A stretch of DNA of 64,000 nucleotides from an uncultured Cytophagia bacterium (GTDB lineage: Bacteria; Zhuqueibacterota; Zhuqueibacteria; Oleimicrobiales; Geothermoviventaceae): NCBI GenBank assembly GCA_964644845.1, contig CAZXXS010000056.1, positions 1-64,000 of the forward strand, written 5' to 3'. Below, piece by piece: positions 1 to 9,583 of this stretch. Made by a program: the position numbers and the translations under genes. The first letter of the stretch is position 1. Every line of letters starts with the position of its first letter. Under the pieces are notes generated by a model. It was given only the letters and a program-made list of their open reading frames with translations. It made no database searches and had not been told where the DNA came from.

Positions 1-533
1 CACTGCCGAGAAAGTGTGGCACGGTTTCCCGCCGTAACCGGTGCCTGCTGCGGGAGAGCAAAGCGCCAGCGGAAGGGCAGGGTACGGCTCCCTGTGCTTT
101 TCCTGGTTGTAGCTCGTCCCCCCGGGGCAAAGCGGTCGACGTACCGCCGAGAAATCGTTGTTTCCGCAAGTACGTTCCGGTGTGGCCGGAGAACCGCACC
201 CTCGGACACTTGGAGAGCAGGCTCGGACTCGAAAATAAAGGCGAGGTTGCGGTGCCGTTCATCATTCACGCAGAGAACCGCAGGCAGATGGTTCCCGCGG
301 TTGAGGAGCCGAATTCTGTGCTGAAGAGCGGGGTGTCCTCTCGCCAGCACGGCTGCGGGAAGCCGGTTCACGGAATGTTCAGGCAGAGTTCAGAACTCGG
401 GGTTCACGCGCTTAAAGGGGACACGGTGGGTTCGCCTCGGTTTCCAGAATCCGGAAAAGGACGAGTTTCGCGGTTCGGCTCAATCTCCCTGGCGTGCGGG
501 ACGCGATTCGTGTTTCTGGAGGTCCCCGGATGT

Positions 534-1295
534 TTACCCCTTACTTGGAGAATCGGGCAACGGCTTGGGGGTTTCGGACGGCAGCAGCAGGCTTTCGGTC
601 AGGCCCTGCTCACGCTGGCAGAGCTCCACGGCCGGAAAGCGGAGGACTTCAAGCGAATGGTCGGGGTGGTAGATCAAACCGCCGCCCGCGGGGATGCCCA
701 GCCCGCACGTGTTTTCGCCGAGGCTGGCAACGACTCGCCGCAGGTCTGCCCACTCCTGGGTGCGGTCGTGTACACCGATAACAAAGGGCACCAAACCCAG
801 CGTGCGTACAATCTGCTCTGACTGTGGGTTCCCCTCAGGCCAGACGACTTGACCAAGCTGCATGGCCCCGGCAGACACACCGATCAGCACTCCTCCGCCG
901 AGATACTTGTTCACCAGCGTTTCTTTGATTCCTCGACGCACGATCACGTCCCAGCCTTTTACGGCGTCACCGCCCGCCAGCACGACCACGTCTGCGTTGT
1001 TAAGTGCAAGCTCGTCCACAACGGCGAAACGCGAGCGAACGAACTCGCAACGAGAAATCCCCGCGACACTGGCTGCCGCCTGGAAAAGCTCGAAGAACTC
1101 GGGCCGATCTTCGTTGGAAACTCCGACGTACGCCGCTCGAACGTCGCTTTTGCCGAGCCGCTGGACGACCTGTCGTAGAAGTGTGTTCCGGCCGTCTGGT
1201 TTCCAGAATAACAGCTGGCTGTCGGCGAAAAGGTAAATCGGCCGAAGGGGCAGGTCGATCTCGTTGTCTTGGAATGCAAGCTTCTCTTCGATCAT
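534..1295 (-). CDS. Peptidase S51 family (dipeptidase E / cyanophycinase-like) class-I glutamine-amidotransferase-fold hydrolase
   Basis: 253-aa ORF with an ATG start. The GVSAGA nucleophile-elbow motif and overall layout are typical of S51 Asp-X dipeptidases. Its ATG overlaps the TGA stop of the upstream epimerase gene (ATGA at 1292-1295). Confidence 0.65.
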   Translation of the reverse strand: MIEEKLAFQDNEIDLPLRPIYLFADSQLLFWKPDGRNTLLRQVVQRLGKSDVRAAYVGVSNEDRPEFFELFQAAASVAGISRCEFVRSRFAVVDELALNNADVVVLAGGDAVKGWDVIVRRGIKETLVNKYLGGGVLIGVSAGAMQLGQVVWPEGNPQSEQIVRTLGLVPFVIGVHDRTQEWADLRRVVASLGENTCGLGIPAGGGLIYHPDHSLEVLRFPAVELCQREQGLTESLLLPSETPKPLPDSPSKG

Positions 1296-2563
1296 GCCTT
1301 CGAGAGTTCCTCCAGGATGCGTTTGGCTTCCCAGGCCATCCCGACAACGTGGTAATCCACTTTACCCTCGAACCCCTTGTGAACGCCTTGTCCTGCCCGA
1401 ATGCCCTGCACAGGAAGTTTGCCAAAGCGGGCGTCTGCACCTGGCTGGGCTGTCTTTGCAACCCGGGCGGGGTCTTCCTGGTCAGAGTAGAGATCCGGTG
1501 GTACGATGTACCAACCGCCGAATTCAGGGTCCACGTAGTGCTTCTGCACAAACGCGACCGTTTTCAAAAACGGCTCAGAAAGCTCAGAGTTTCCACGGAA
1601 GAAAAGGTAGTGCATCAGGGCGCGGGTGCTCTCGCACTGTTCCCACCAACCTTTGCGCGCGGGCCCGCGGTCGCCTTCGAGGGTGACCGGGGAAAAAACC
1701 CCGCCATCCCGGGCATCGTACCCCAGCTTCAGTCCCAGTTCCAGGAGCTTTTTGCCTTCCTCCAGGTAGGATGCTGGCAGCCCACGCCCGACGGCGTCGG
1801 AGAGAAGGAATGCCCACTCGAAGGCGTGTCCTACGTCCACAACACCGCCTTCGTCGGAGGGGAGTGGCGTCCAGTCCGAACGGTACCACTCCGGCAGACG
1901 TCCGTCGTCCGTCAGACGGAGGTTCAACACGAAGTCGGCTACTGAGCGAGCGTCGGCGAGTGTGGTTCCGGCCCTGTCGAGCTCAGCCAGCACGAGCAGG
2001 GCTTCGAACAGGTGCATCATCGGATTCTGAGAACGAGGACGTCCCAGGTCGCGAAAATCTCGGGACAACCACCACACGAAGCCGCCGTGGGCGTCGCGGA
2101 AACGCTCCTGGAGAAGTGTCCAGGTGCGACGGGCGGCGTCTGCGTAACGCTCGTCGCCGGTAACGAGCGCGGCGTGCGACAGACCAAAAATGGCAAACGC
2201 GTGGCCGTAGGCGTCCTTGCGGTTGTCGTGGGGTTCCCCGTCGCTAAGGCGACACGCGTGGAACCACCCGCCAAAACGCTTGTCCCAGAAAATGCGGAGA
2301 AAGGCATCGGCCCCTGCGCGGACGGCGTCCAGGTAACGCTCCTCTCCTGTGAGACGGTACCCGACCGAGAAGTTGAACAGAAGCCGGTTCTGGGTGATGA
2401 CGGTGCAAAAGTCTTTGGCTACCCGATTCCACTGGCGGTCGAAGTGCGGGTGAAAAAGGCCACTGGGAGTTGGTGCGCGCTCGAGCCAGCGCGGAAGAAG
2501 CTCATCGAGCTGGCTGCGGAGCCACTGCAAGGCTTGTTGCTCGCGAGTCGTAGGTTGTCTCAT
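1292..2563 (-). CDS. N-acyl-D-glucosamine 2-epimerase (AGE) superfamily protein (sugar 2-epimerase/isomerase)
   Basis: 423-aa ORF with an (alpha/alpha)6-barrel AGE-like sequence: repeated W/G-rich helices (GGWFHACRLSDGEP, HGGFVWWLSRD, GGVFSPVTLEGD, GGWYIVPPDLYSDQ) and conserved His/Arg positions. Confidence 0.7.
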   Translation of the reverse strand: MRQPTTREQQALQWLRSQLDELLPRWLERAPTPSGLFHPHFDRQWNRVAKDFCTVITQNRLLFNFSVGYRLTGEERYLDAVRAGADAFLRIFWDKRFGGWFHACRLSDGEPHDNRKDAYGHAFAIFGLSHAALVTGDERYADAARRTWTLLQERFRDAHGGFVWWLSRDFRDLGRPRSQNPMMHLFEALLVLAELDRAGTTLADARSVADFVLNLRLTDDGRLPEWYRSDWTPLPSDEGGVVDVGHAFEWAFLLSDAVGRGLPASYLEEGKKLLELGLKLGYDARDGGVFSPVTLEGDRGPARKGWWEQCESTRALMHYLFFRGNSELSEPFLKTVAFVQKHYVDPEFGGWYIVPPDLYSDQEDPARVAKTAQPGADARFGKLPVQGIRAGQGVHKGFEGKVDYHVVGMAWEAKRILEELSKA

Positions 2564-3194
2564 CGGTTTGTCCTCCTGTAGCCGAAGGCCGGCTCACCTC
2601 AAAGCCATTCAAACCGACTGGCAACGGGATGGGGAAGCAGTTGGGTTCGGGAATTGTCTTGTCCTGCGCACGTTGGGTGCATTCAGAGCCACGCCGGTGT
2701 GACGCACGTTTTGTCGCCGAATTTCAAAAACGCGTTGCTGATTGAGAGGACGAACGCGTCGACGAAACTTCGGCAACGATGTTGGTGGCGGGACAGCCAA
2801 AAACAAACAGTCGATGAGTCCACGGATAATGTACAACTCGAACAGTGAGAATTCAATGATTTCCGCAGCGGTGTAGCGGTTTGTGCTTCGTTTAGCGGGA
2901 TCTGTTTCGCCACGGCGGCATTCGTGTGCGAACAGCCACTGGTGCACGCGGTCGCCCAGTCGTACTCACTCTACAGTCTTCCTTACGCACTGATCTGTGT
3001 GGACGAGGCGAGGTTGTGGCAACGGTCGATGCCAGGATGTGGGAGCTTTGACGTCGAGACCGATCCCGTTGCCCTGAGACTGCCGGAGGCTGAGGGTTGC
3101 TTGCACCTGCTGATTCCCAAGCTGAGGTTTGGTGGGGGGAGCTTTCTGGCTCCTTCGGGCGTAAGACGGGACAGAAAGTCAAGAAGAAAACGTT

Positions 3195-4043
3195 GTGTCG
3201 AGTTCGGGGCTTGCCGTGCCAGCTGTTACCGTAGTGATTCCAACGTTCAATCGGAGCGAGCACGTCGTCGAGGCGGTCCAGTCGGTTCTGGATCAGACCT
3301 TCCGCGATTTCGAGCTTGTCGTCGTCGACGACGGTTCCACCGATGACACAGCGGCTCGGCTGGCCCGTTTCGAAGGGCAACTCCGGCTGATTCGCCAGTG
3401 CAACCGGGGACCCAGTGCAGCCCGGAACCTGGGCATTCGGGAGACACAAAGCCCTTTCCTCGCCTTTCTCGATTCCGACGACCTGTGGCTACCCCGTAAG
3501 CTTGAGAAGCAGATGGCCTGGATGGCCGACCACCCAAACAGGTTGATCTGTTACACCGACGAGATCTGGATCAGGCGCGGTGTCCGGGTAAACCCGCGAA
3601 AAATCCACCACAAGCACGGGGGCACAATCTTCGCCCACTCGTTGCGTCTGTGCATTGTTAGCCCTTCGTCTGTGCTGATGCGGCGCTCCTTCTTTGACCG
3701 GGTCGGCTGTTTCGACGAGTCGCTTCCGGTGGCGGAAGACTACGATCTCTGGCTTCGGGCTGCTGTTCACCTGCGTTTCGGGTTCTTAGCAGAGCCTTTG
3801 ATCGTCAAGCGGGGAGGGCATCCGGACCAGCTCTCTGCCCAATGGGGAATAGACCGCTACCGGGTCAGAGCCCTGGTCAAGCTGTTGGACAGTGGCGAAT
3901 TGTCGACCCGACAGCGTCGACTGACGCGCTGCGAGCTGATTCGCCGCTGCCGCATCCTCGAGAATGGTTACCGAAAGCGCGGCAAACTAGCGGAGGCGCG
4001 CCAGTTTGAGGAACTGCGGTTGCGTTACGCCCGGGCGGAGTGA
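3195..4043 (+). CDS. Family 2 glycosyltransferase
   Basis: N-terminal VVIPTFNRSEHVVEAVQSVLDQTFRDFELVVVDDGSTDDT is the classic GT-A/GT2 motif with a DxD-type aspartate. The start codon is GTG/TTG and its exact position is uncertain. Confidence 0.75.
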   Translation: MSSSGLAVPAVTVVIPTFNRSEHVVEAVQSVLDQTFRDFELVVVDDGSTDDTAARLARFEGQLRLIRQCNRGPSAARNLGIRETQSPFLAFLDSDDLWLPRKLEKQMAWMADHPNRLICYTDEIWIRRGVRVNPRKIHHKHGGTIFAHSLRLCIVSPSSVLMRRSFFDRVGCFDESLPVAEDYDLWLRAAVHLRFGFLAEPLIVKRGGHPDQLSAQWGIDRYRVRALVKLLDSGELSTRQRRLTRCELIRRCRILENGYRKRGKLAEARQFEELRLRYARAE

Positions 4044-4116
4044 CCCCGGGCTGTGCAAGGTGGATTCTTGAAACGGTGAGTGGCCTTCAGCGGCGTAGAC
4101 GGAATCGATCTGTTTG

Positions 4117-5409
4117 TCACGCCTCCGACGATCCCACAACTGTCAGGACTTCGGATGCTGCGTTAAGCACAACCTGCTCCACCTCTGGGGAGAAGGGGAA
4201 GAGGGCGTAGAACTTTGGTGCTGCGTGCGCTGCGTAGTCTTTCCGCTTTCGGAACGCACGGGCTGTCGGGATGTAACCCACATTGCCGTTCGCGTAGCCG
4301 AGCGGTACCAGCGGCGAGAACGTTCGCCGCAGCTTCATGCCGAAACTCGCAAACACTTCGCCGGGGAGGGCAACCAGTTTCACGGGGCCAAACCGAAACG
4401 CCTGGACCGGCACGTTGCGCACGAAGGGATCCCTGGCGTAGCGATCGTAGGCCTCGACGGCCATTCTTTGCCACGCTTCGGCAAACCGGTCTGCGCCGGG
4501 GAAGTGAGCGTTGTCCCGGACAAAACGGTCCTTTTCGTGGGGAATGTCCTCTTTGGCTCCCACACGCAGCGGCAACGCGATTCTGATTTCTTTCACGGCA
4601 AGAACAGGGTCGGGGAAATCAGTAGCCGGGTTGGTCGGCCTGAGCGCTCGCTCGGCGAGTAGACGGCCGTAGAAACGCACATCCTCAAACGTCCCACCCG
4701 CCCAGTGGTTGAGGTTCACGACCGGATCGATGTCACCACAGAATCCCTGGAAGAAGAGCGCCTTAGCTCCGGTCTGTTCCTCAATCTGCTCGATCAGCGC
4801 GCCGGGGTAGTCCGCACTTACCTGCCGGGTCGGACCAAGCGTCACGGGATGGCAGGCGTAGTTCAGCAGGTAGATGTGGTTCTCCTCTCGCACGAAGGTC
4901 AGCACACTCAGGTTGGCGTCGATGTCGCAGAAGTCCCCCCGCGCGCGGTTGTAGCCGATCGGTTCGACAACTTCCTGCACGAACGAAAGCTGCGCTGGGC
5001 TCAAATCTGCCCAGGCCGCCTCAGCTGCGTGGACGACCTCCTCCTGCACCCGTGCAAGGTACTCGGGGGCAATGTTGCCCAGCCCTGGCATGGGCTGGGT
5101 AGGTGGGGAGGTGTGCGTGTGCGTGCACGCGACCAGGACGTTTTGTTCCGGGAGACCGCAAGACACGGCGATTCGCCGACGAAGCGTGTCTGAAGCGTCT
5201 ACCGTGAAGCCAAGCAGATCCACACTGACCAGGAGAACGCCCTGTCTACGGTTCCGCAGGGCAAGCGCCCGAACCTTCAGGGGACTCAAAACGCTTTCCG
5301 CTCTCCGGTTCAGGTAGAAGCCGTAACCGCCCAGCTCCGTTCCAAGAGGCGGCGTGATGTCGGCCTCGCCGTAGCCCGCATTCAGTTCCGATGCTTGCAA
5401 ACCGTCCAT
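4117..5409 (-). CDS. Neutral/alkaline ceramidase-like hydrolase (cytoplasmic form)
   Basis: A G-Y-G-E-ADITPPLG...GYGFY N-terminal motif followed by CTHTHTSP resembles the neutral ceramidase N-domain. The ORF track extends to 5529. I placed the start at the internal ATG (M41) just before the conserved ADITP block. No signal peptide is visible. Confidence 0.5.
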   Translation of the reverse strand: MDGLQASELNAGYGEADITPPLGTELGGYGFYLNRRAESVLSPLKVRALALRNRRQGVLLVSVDLLGFTVDASDTLRRRIAVSCGLPEQNVLVACTHTHTSPPTQPMPGLGNIAPEYLARVQEEVVHAAEAAWADLSPAQLSFVQEVVEPIGYNRARGDFCDIDANLSVLTFVREENHIYLLNYACHPVTLGPTRQVSADYPGALIEQIEEQTGAKALFFQGFCGDIDPVVNLNHWAGGTFEDVRFYGRLLAERALRPTNPATDFPDPVLAVKEIRIALPLRVGAKEDIPHEKDRFVRDNAHFPGADRFAEAWQRMAVEAYDRYARDPFVRNVPVQAFRFGPVKLVALPGEVFASFGMKLRRTFSPLVPLGYANGNVGYIPTARAFRKRKDYAAHAAPKFYALFPFSPEVEQVVLNAASEVLTVVGSSEA

Positions 5410-5667
5410 TTGTACGTCCTCAAGGCTTTGTTGCGCGCTCAGACCGTTTGAGGCTTGCAGATTCCGCTTGGTACACTGCCGTGCCCGTACGTCAGCGGAA
5501 TTGGTTCGCGTTTCATGCCGCTCCGGCACACAGGGTTGCCATCGAAACCGGCGGAGGCGCGGCTGAAAAACCTTACCTCCAGCAGGCCTCTACCGTGGAT
5601 TGTCGCCCCTCCCGTGGCACAAGCGCTCCAAGCGCCTGACGCGTCAACTTCGTAAACCCGCAGACTG

Positions 5668-7404
5668 TCAAAACACGCGGCGGAGAAGCCAAGCTGCAGA
5701 TCCGACCGCGGCCACGATGCCGGCTGTGGCCAGCCCCCACGAGCTCGTGAAAATGGCATTTGTAGCAACCACCAGCCCGAGGCAGGTGACAATTCCGAGG
5801 ACTGCGTTGAACAGCAGCCGGCTCGTTTCGGACTCATCGGTCTCCAAAAGTCCCAAGGTTCTCTTGACGGGTTCCCACAGTCCGGGGGGACGACAGCTGT
5901 TGTAGAAGCGCGTCAGAGTTTCTTTGGATTCGGCCGGTGTCAGGAGCGTGATCAGCACCGTCAGGGCGAAGCTGAGTAGGAAGAGGAAACCGGCACCCTG
6001 CCAAAGGGGGCGCGATTGGAAGTCGAGCACAAACCAAACCAGGATGGAGAGCGGAAGACTGAGTACGATGGCCGACAGCTCGCCCCAGACGTTGAAACGC
6101 CACCAGAAGAAGCGAAGCCAGGACAAGGGCAGAATGAAAACGACCATCACGGAATTGATGAAAAGGAACCAGCTCACCATGCCCTGAACGTAGAAGATGG
6201 CTACGAGAGCGGCGAAAACGAAGAGAAACAGCGTTGTGAGTCGACTGACGACCACCTGTGTCGTCCGGCTTGAACCGGGGCGGTAGAGGTTGTAGAAATC
6301 GTTGACGACGAAGCTGCTGCCCCAGTTGATCAGCGAACTGAGTGTGGACATGAAGGCGGCAGCTTCTGCAGCCACGAGCATCCCGACAAGCCCCGGTGGT
6401 AATTGGCAAAATTTGACAAGTTCGCCCCAGGCGTACGCGGGATCGCTCAACACGCGCATCCCAGAAGGCGCTGGTCCAAGCTGCTGAACCAGGTCCTTAC
6501 TCCAGAACACGGAAATGGCCACCACGCCGAGGCCGATGAGGGGCAAGGTGCGGAGGGAAAGGGCCAGAAAAGCGTTGAAGAACTGACCTCCCATGGCGTG
6601 GCGTTCATTCTTCGCGGCCAGAAAACGCTGCGCTGTCATCCCTTCGCCCGCGGTTGGGGAACCTGCGAAGAACAATCCCTGAATGATGAGGAACAGGAAC
6701 GTTGCGAGCGGGATCGCCTCCGTGGGCGGGAACTGCTGAAGAGCTTCCGGACGAAGTTGCTGGGCGCGCTCTACGATGGTGCCCCAACCGCCCAGCTTGT
6801 GCACCGCCAGCCAGAGGAAAACGAAGTTGCCGGCGAGAAGAATGAAAAACTGGATGACGTCGGTGAAGACCACGCCCACAAGCCCACCGAACAGCGTGTA
6901 AATCACCGTGACCCCACCGAACACGAGCAGGATGTCGGCCTCGCTAAAGGGAACGATCGGTGCGATCGTTTTTGCGAAGAACCCGGTGATGTACCCGATG
7001 ACCAGCACTGCGATGCCGAAGAGGAAAAGGGCGTAGAGCTGACGCGCTACACGGGCTGTCTTGCCGCCGTAGCGGAGGGTCAACAGTTCGGCGGTGGTAA
7101 CGATGCCCATCCGCCGCCAGAGAGGAGCCCAAATGATGGCCACCAGCGGCATCCAAATGATCCAGGAGGCCCACCAGAGCCAGTTACCAGCCAGCCCGAA
7201 GGCGAAAACCAGCATCACGAAACCGCCATTTCCGGATTGGTAAGTGGCTGTGTTCGAGAAGCCGATGGCCCACCACGGCAGGCTCCGGTTGCCCGTGAAG
7301 TACCCCGAAGCGCCCTGCGTTGCCGCCTTGCGACTGAATCGCAGACCAACCCCCAGCGAAATGCTGCACAGTAGCGCCACAATCAACCAGTCGAGCGTAG
7401 TCAC
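5668..7404 (-). CDS. Sodium:solute symporter (SSS) family transporter
   Basis: Multi-pass membrane protein. Its N-terminus resembles the SSS family (TTLDWLIVALL...GYFTGNRSLPWWAIGFS), and the central and C-terminal TM helices fit the same family. The track ORF extends to 7557. The GTG at 7402-7404 precedes TM1 and has GAGG 8 nt upstream. Confidence 0.7.
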   Translation of the reverse strand: MTTLDWLIVALLCSISLGVGLRFSRKAATQGASGYFTGNRSLPWWAIGFSNTATYQSGNGGFVMLVFAFGLAGNWLWWASWIIWMPLVAIIWAPLWRRMGIVTTAELLTLRYGGKTARVARQLYALFLFGIAVLVIGYITGFFAKTIAPIVPFSEADILLVFGGVTVIYTLFGGLVGVVFTDVIQFFILLAGNFVFLWLAVHKLGGWGTIVERAQQLRPEALQQFPPTEAIPLATFLFLIIQGLFFAGSPTAGEGMTAQRFLAAKNERHAMGGQFFNAFLALSLRTLPLIGLGVVAISVFWSKDLVQQLGPAPSGMRVLSDPAYAWGELVKFCQLPPGLVGMLVAAEAAAFMSTLSSLINWGSSFVVNDFYNLYRPGSSRTTQVVVSRLTTLFLFVFAALVAIFYVQGMVSWFLFINSVMVVFILPLSWLRFFWWRFNVWGELSAIVLSLPLSILVWFVLDFQSRPLWQGAGFLFLLSFALTVLITLLTPAESKETLTRFYNSCRPPGLWEPVKRTLGLLETDESETSRLLFNAVLGIVTCLGLVVATNAIFTSSWGLATAGIVAAVGSAAWLLRRVF

Positions 7405-7688
7405 GTTGGACCTCGCAACCAGAGAGTACGAGTCGGAGCAGTGTGCAACTGCAAATGGAAATCTCCGGCCTTGGGGCTCCAGCCTGCCAGTGTAGTCCGG
7501 CCTACCCGGGTCGGGAGCACGCGAGCAGAACCGGAACCGCAAGGGGGTTTGGGGCACGGGAATCGAGTCCCGATGCCCCTTGGGAACGGGTCTATCAGGT
7601 TGAACGCAACGTCAAAAAACAGCGACACCTGATCTGGGGGCTCCGCCAGCCGGGCAGAAACCAAGGTCCGGAAAACCTCTTTTCGGTT

Positions 7689-8825
7689 CTACCCGAGCTC
7701 TTTCAACGTTTGACGGAGCGATTTCCAGTGTTCGTCGGTCATGTAGGTGGCTGTGAAAAGGCAAATCCCTGCCGCTCCGTTCTGTACGGCCACCTTGGTC
7801 GCTTCCCGTAGCTCTGCTGGCGTAAGCATCTTGATCAGCACGCCGCTGTACAGGGGGGCCTTTCCCTTCAGAGCCTGAACGCCTTCGTGTGTTACCTTGC
7901 CAATCCAGGCTACGTCCGCGTTGTAGTACTTGTGGTACATCATCGGGTGGAAGGCATCCAGATTCCAGCTCGGCCAGTCTTGACGCACGAGACGTCGGGC
8001 AATCGAAGGTGATGGAAAAACAGCCGCTGTCAATTGCTTGTTCTTGCCGTGCGCTACGTTAACGAGACGATTGACCAAATTCGTCACGCGGTCGTACCGG
8101 TACTGCCGCCAGGCGGCATTTGCCGACGGATCCGGTAGTTTCAGAGGATCAATTCCCGTTTGCTTTTTGAACTTCTCGCGACAGACCTTACAGTAGCAGA
8201 AGTCGTACTGAGGGTACTCCTTGTCCTGAACCAGGTTGTACCTGGGTTGAATGCCAGGTGGCAGAATTACGTCCGGGTAGCGAATGTAGTCGAGGTGAAC
8301 CCCTGCGAGACCGTCGAGATCGGCCAGGCCCGAAACTTTTTTCTCGAGGTACTCAACGACTTCTTCGCGCGAAGGACAAAGCCAGGTGTAGGACGGGATG
8401 TACGGCGGTTTCTCCAGGCACGAGACCCCCTTGCGATTCACCATGAACCAGTCCGGGTGGTCCTGTTTGACCTGCTCGTCCTCGCAGCGTAGGGAGATGA
8501 TCCAGTTGTGAAGCTCCACGCCGGCGTCGCGCGCGAGTGGTACGAGCTTCAGGATTTCGTCGGGCTTGGCCAACACAAGCGCTCCGGTGACGCCGTTGTA
8601 GCGCATCTTGTCGAACAGGCGTTTCCAGCCATCCATGCCGGAAACCTGGCCGCCCGGGATCCAGGCCCAGTTCTTCAGGTTTGTTTTCACTGGCCCACTG
8701 CAGCTGTTGAGCGAGACAGCGCCCGCCGCCAAGCCTAATGTCGTCAGGCTTGCCGTGCGTAAGAACTCACGCCTTTTCATCCCGTTGCGGGAGGGATCGT
8801 GTGTACTTTTTGCGTTTCTGGCCAT
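7689..8825 (-). CDS. Tat-exported glycoside-hydrolase-like family 10 (GHL10/PF02638-type) protein
   Basis: Twin-arginine signal (RREFLRTASLTTLGLAAG) followed by a TIM-barrel hydrolase-like body. It has a conserved YCYCKVCREKF cysteine cluster. It is a paralogue of the ORF at 35526-36578. Confidence 0.6.
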   Translation of the reverse strand: MARNAKSTHDPSRNGMKRREFLRTASLTTLGLAAGAVSLNSCSGPVKTNLKNWAWIPGGQVSGMDGWKRLFDKMRYNGVTGALVLAKPDEILKLVPLARDAGVELHNWIISLRCEDEQVKQDHPDWFMVNRKGVSCLEKPPYIPSYTWLCPSREEVVEYLEKKVSGLADLDGLAGVHLDYIRYPDVILPPGIQPRYNLVQDKEYPQYDFCYCKVCREKFKKQTGIDPLKLPDPSANAAWRQYRYDRVTNLVNRLVNVAHGKNKQLTAAVFPSPSIARRLVRQDWPSWNLDAFHPMMYHKYYNADVAWIGKVTHEGVQALKGKAPLYSGVLIKMLTPAELREATKVAVQNGAAGICLFTATYMTDEHWKSLRQTLKELG

Positions 8826-8962
8826 GTTGTGCCTCCGTTCGGGCTGTTTCCGGTTGACACGTTGTCAGGAAAACAGGCCCCCGATGTTCCGGCCGTTTCG
8901 TTGGTCTGCTTGGGGTTTTCTGAGAACGAGGGAATTTAGTTGTCTCGTGCTTCGCGGGCAAA

Positions 8963-9067
8963 CGAAAAGTGAACATTCTGCATTTTTCGAGGGAATTTGC
9001 ACCGAGACAAAAGGGCTGAGCGGAACCCGACCACCGTACGGTTTGTCCCTTCAGGTGTTCACTTTCG
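8963..9067. promoter_or_regulatory. Pair of 10-bp inverted repeats (AAAGTGAACA ... TGTTCACTTT) in the upstream region of the exported GHL10 gene
   Basis: An exact inverted repeat lies at 8966-8975 and 9056-9065, 80 bp apart. The first copy is embedded in a local palindrome, CGAAAAGTGAACATTCTGCATTTTTCG. The pair sits 140-240 bp upstream of the minus-strand gene start at 8825. Confidence 0.3.
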
Positions 9068-9583
9068 TTGCTCAGGACGCCGGGCCGTCAGGGATGTCAA
9101 CAGACCCTGTGAGCTTGCAGGAAACTTCGCCCGGACGGCCGGAGGAGACTCAGGACAGCTGAGCTTCAGCCGTCCGGCGGCAGCCCGAAGCGCCGGCAGA
9201 GGTGACTCAGCGACGGGGGGCGTTGCCTGTGTGACGGCTCTTGAAATGACCGAATCCCTGATTTCGAATCACCGACACGAGAGCTTGGTCCTCGCCGCTC
9301 CCACAACGAGCTGCGAGCGGCCTTGCGGGATGAATTCTGTAGCTATCGTGCGCATCCGCCTGCACGGAAGTCTCGGAGCGCGGAGGCCTGCTGCCGCTTT
9401 CGGTTCGCGAACCTACGGCTTGTCGCCGCTTTGTTAACGCGCTCTTCGAGCCCGTGGCAAAGTCTGGAGATTCTGCACTGCACAACGGACTTCCGAGTAG
9501 GGCGAGTCCCGATGCCGGTGCTCAGCCGACGCGCCAGCGTGTGTCCCCGGAGCTGCGGCGAGTCCCGGGGGACGCAGGTAGTG

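Noticed and set aside
1004-1945. 313-aa plus-strand ORF overlapping the AGE epimerase gene
   Set aside because: Antisense shadow. The AGE-family motifs are in the minus frame.
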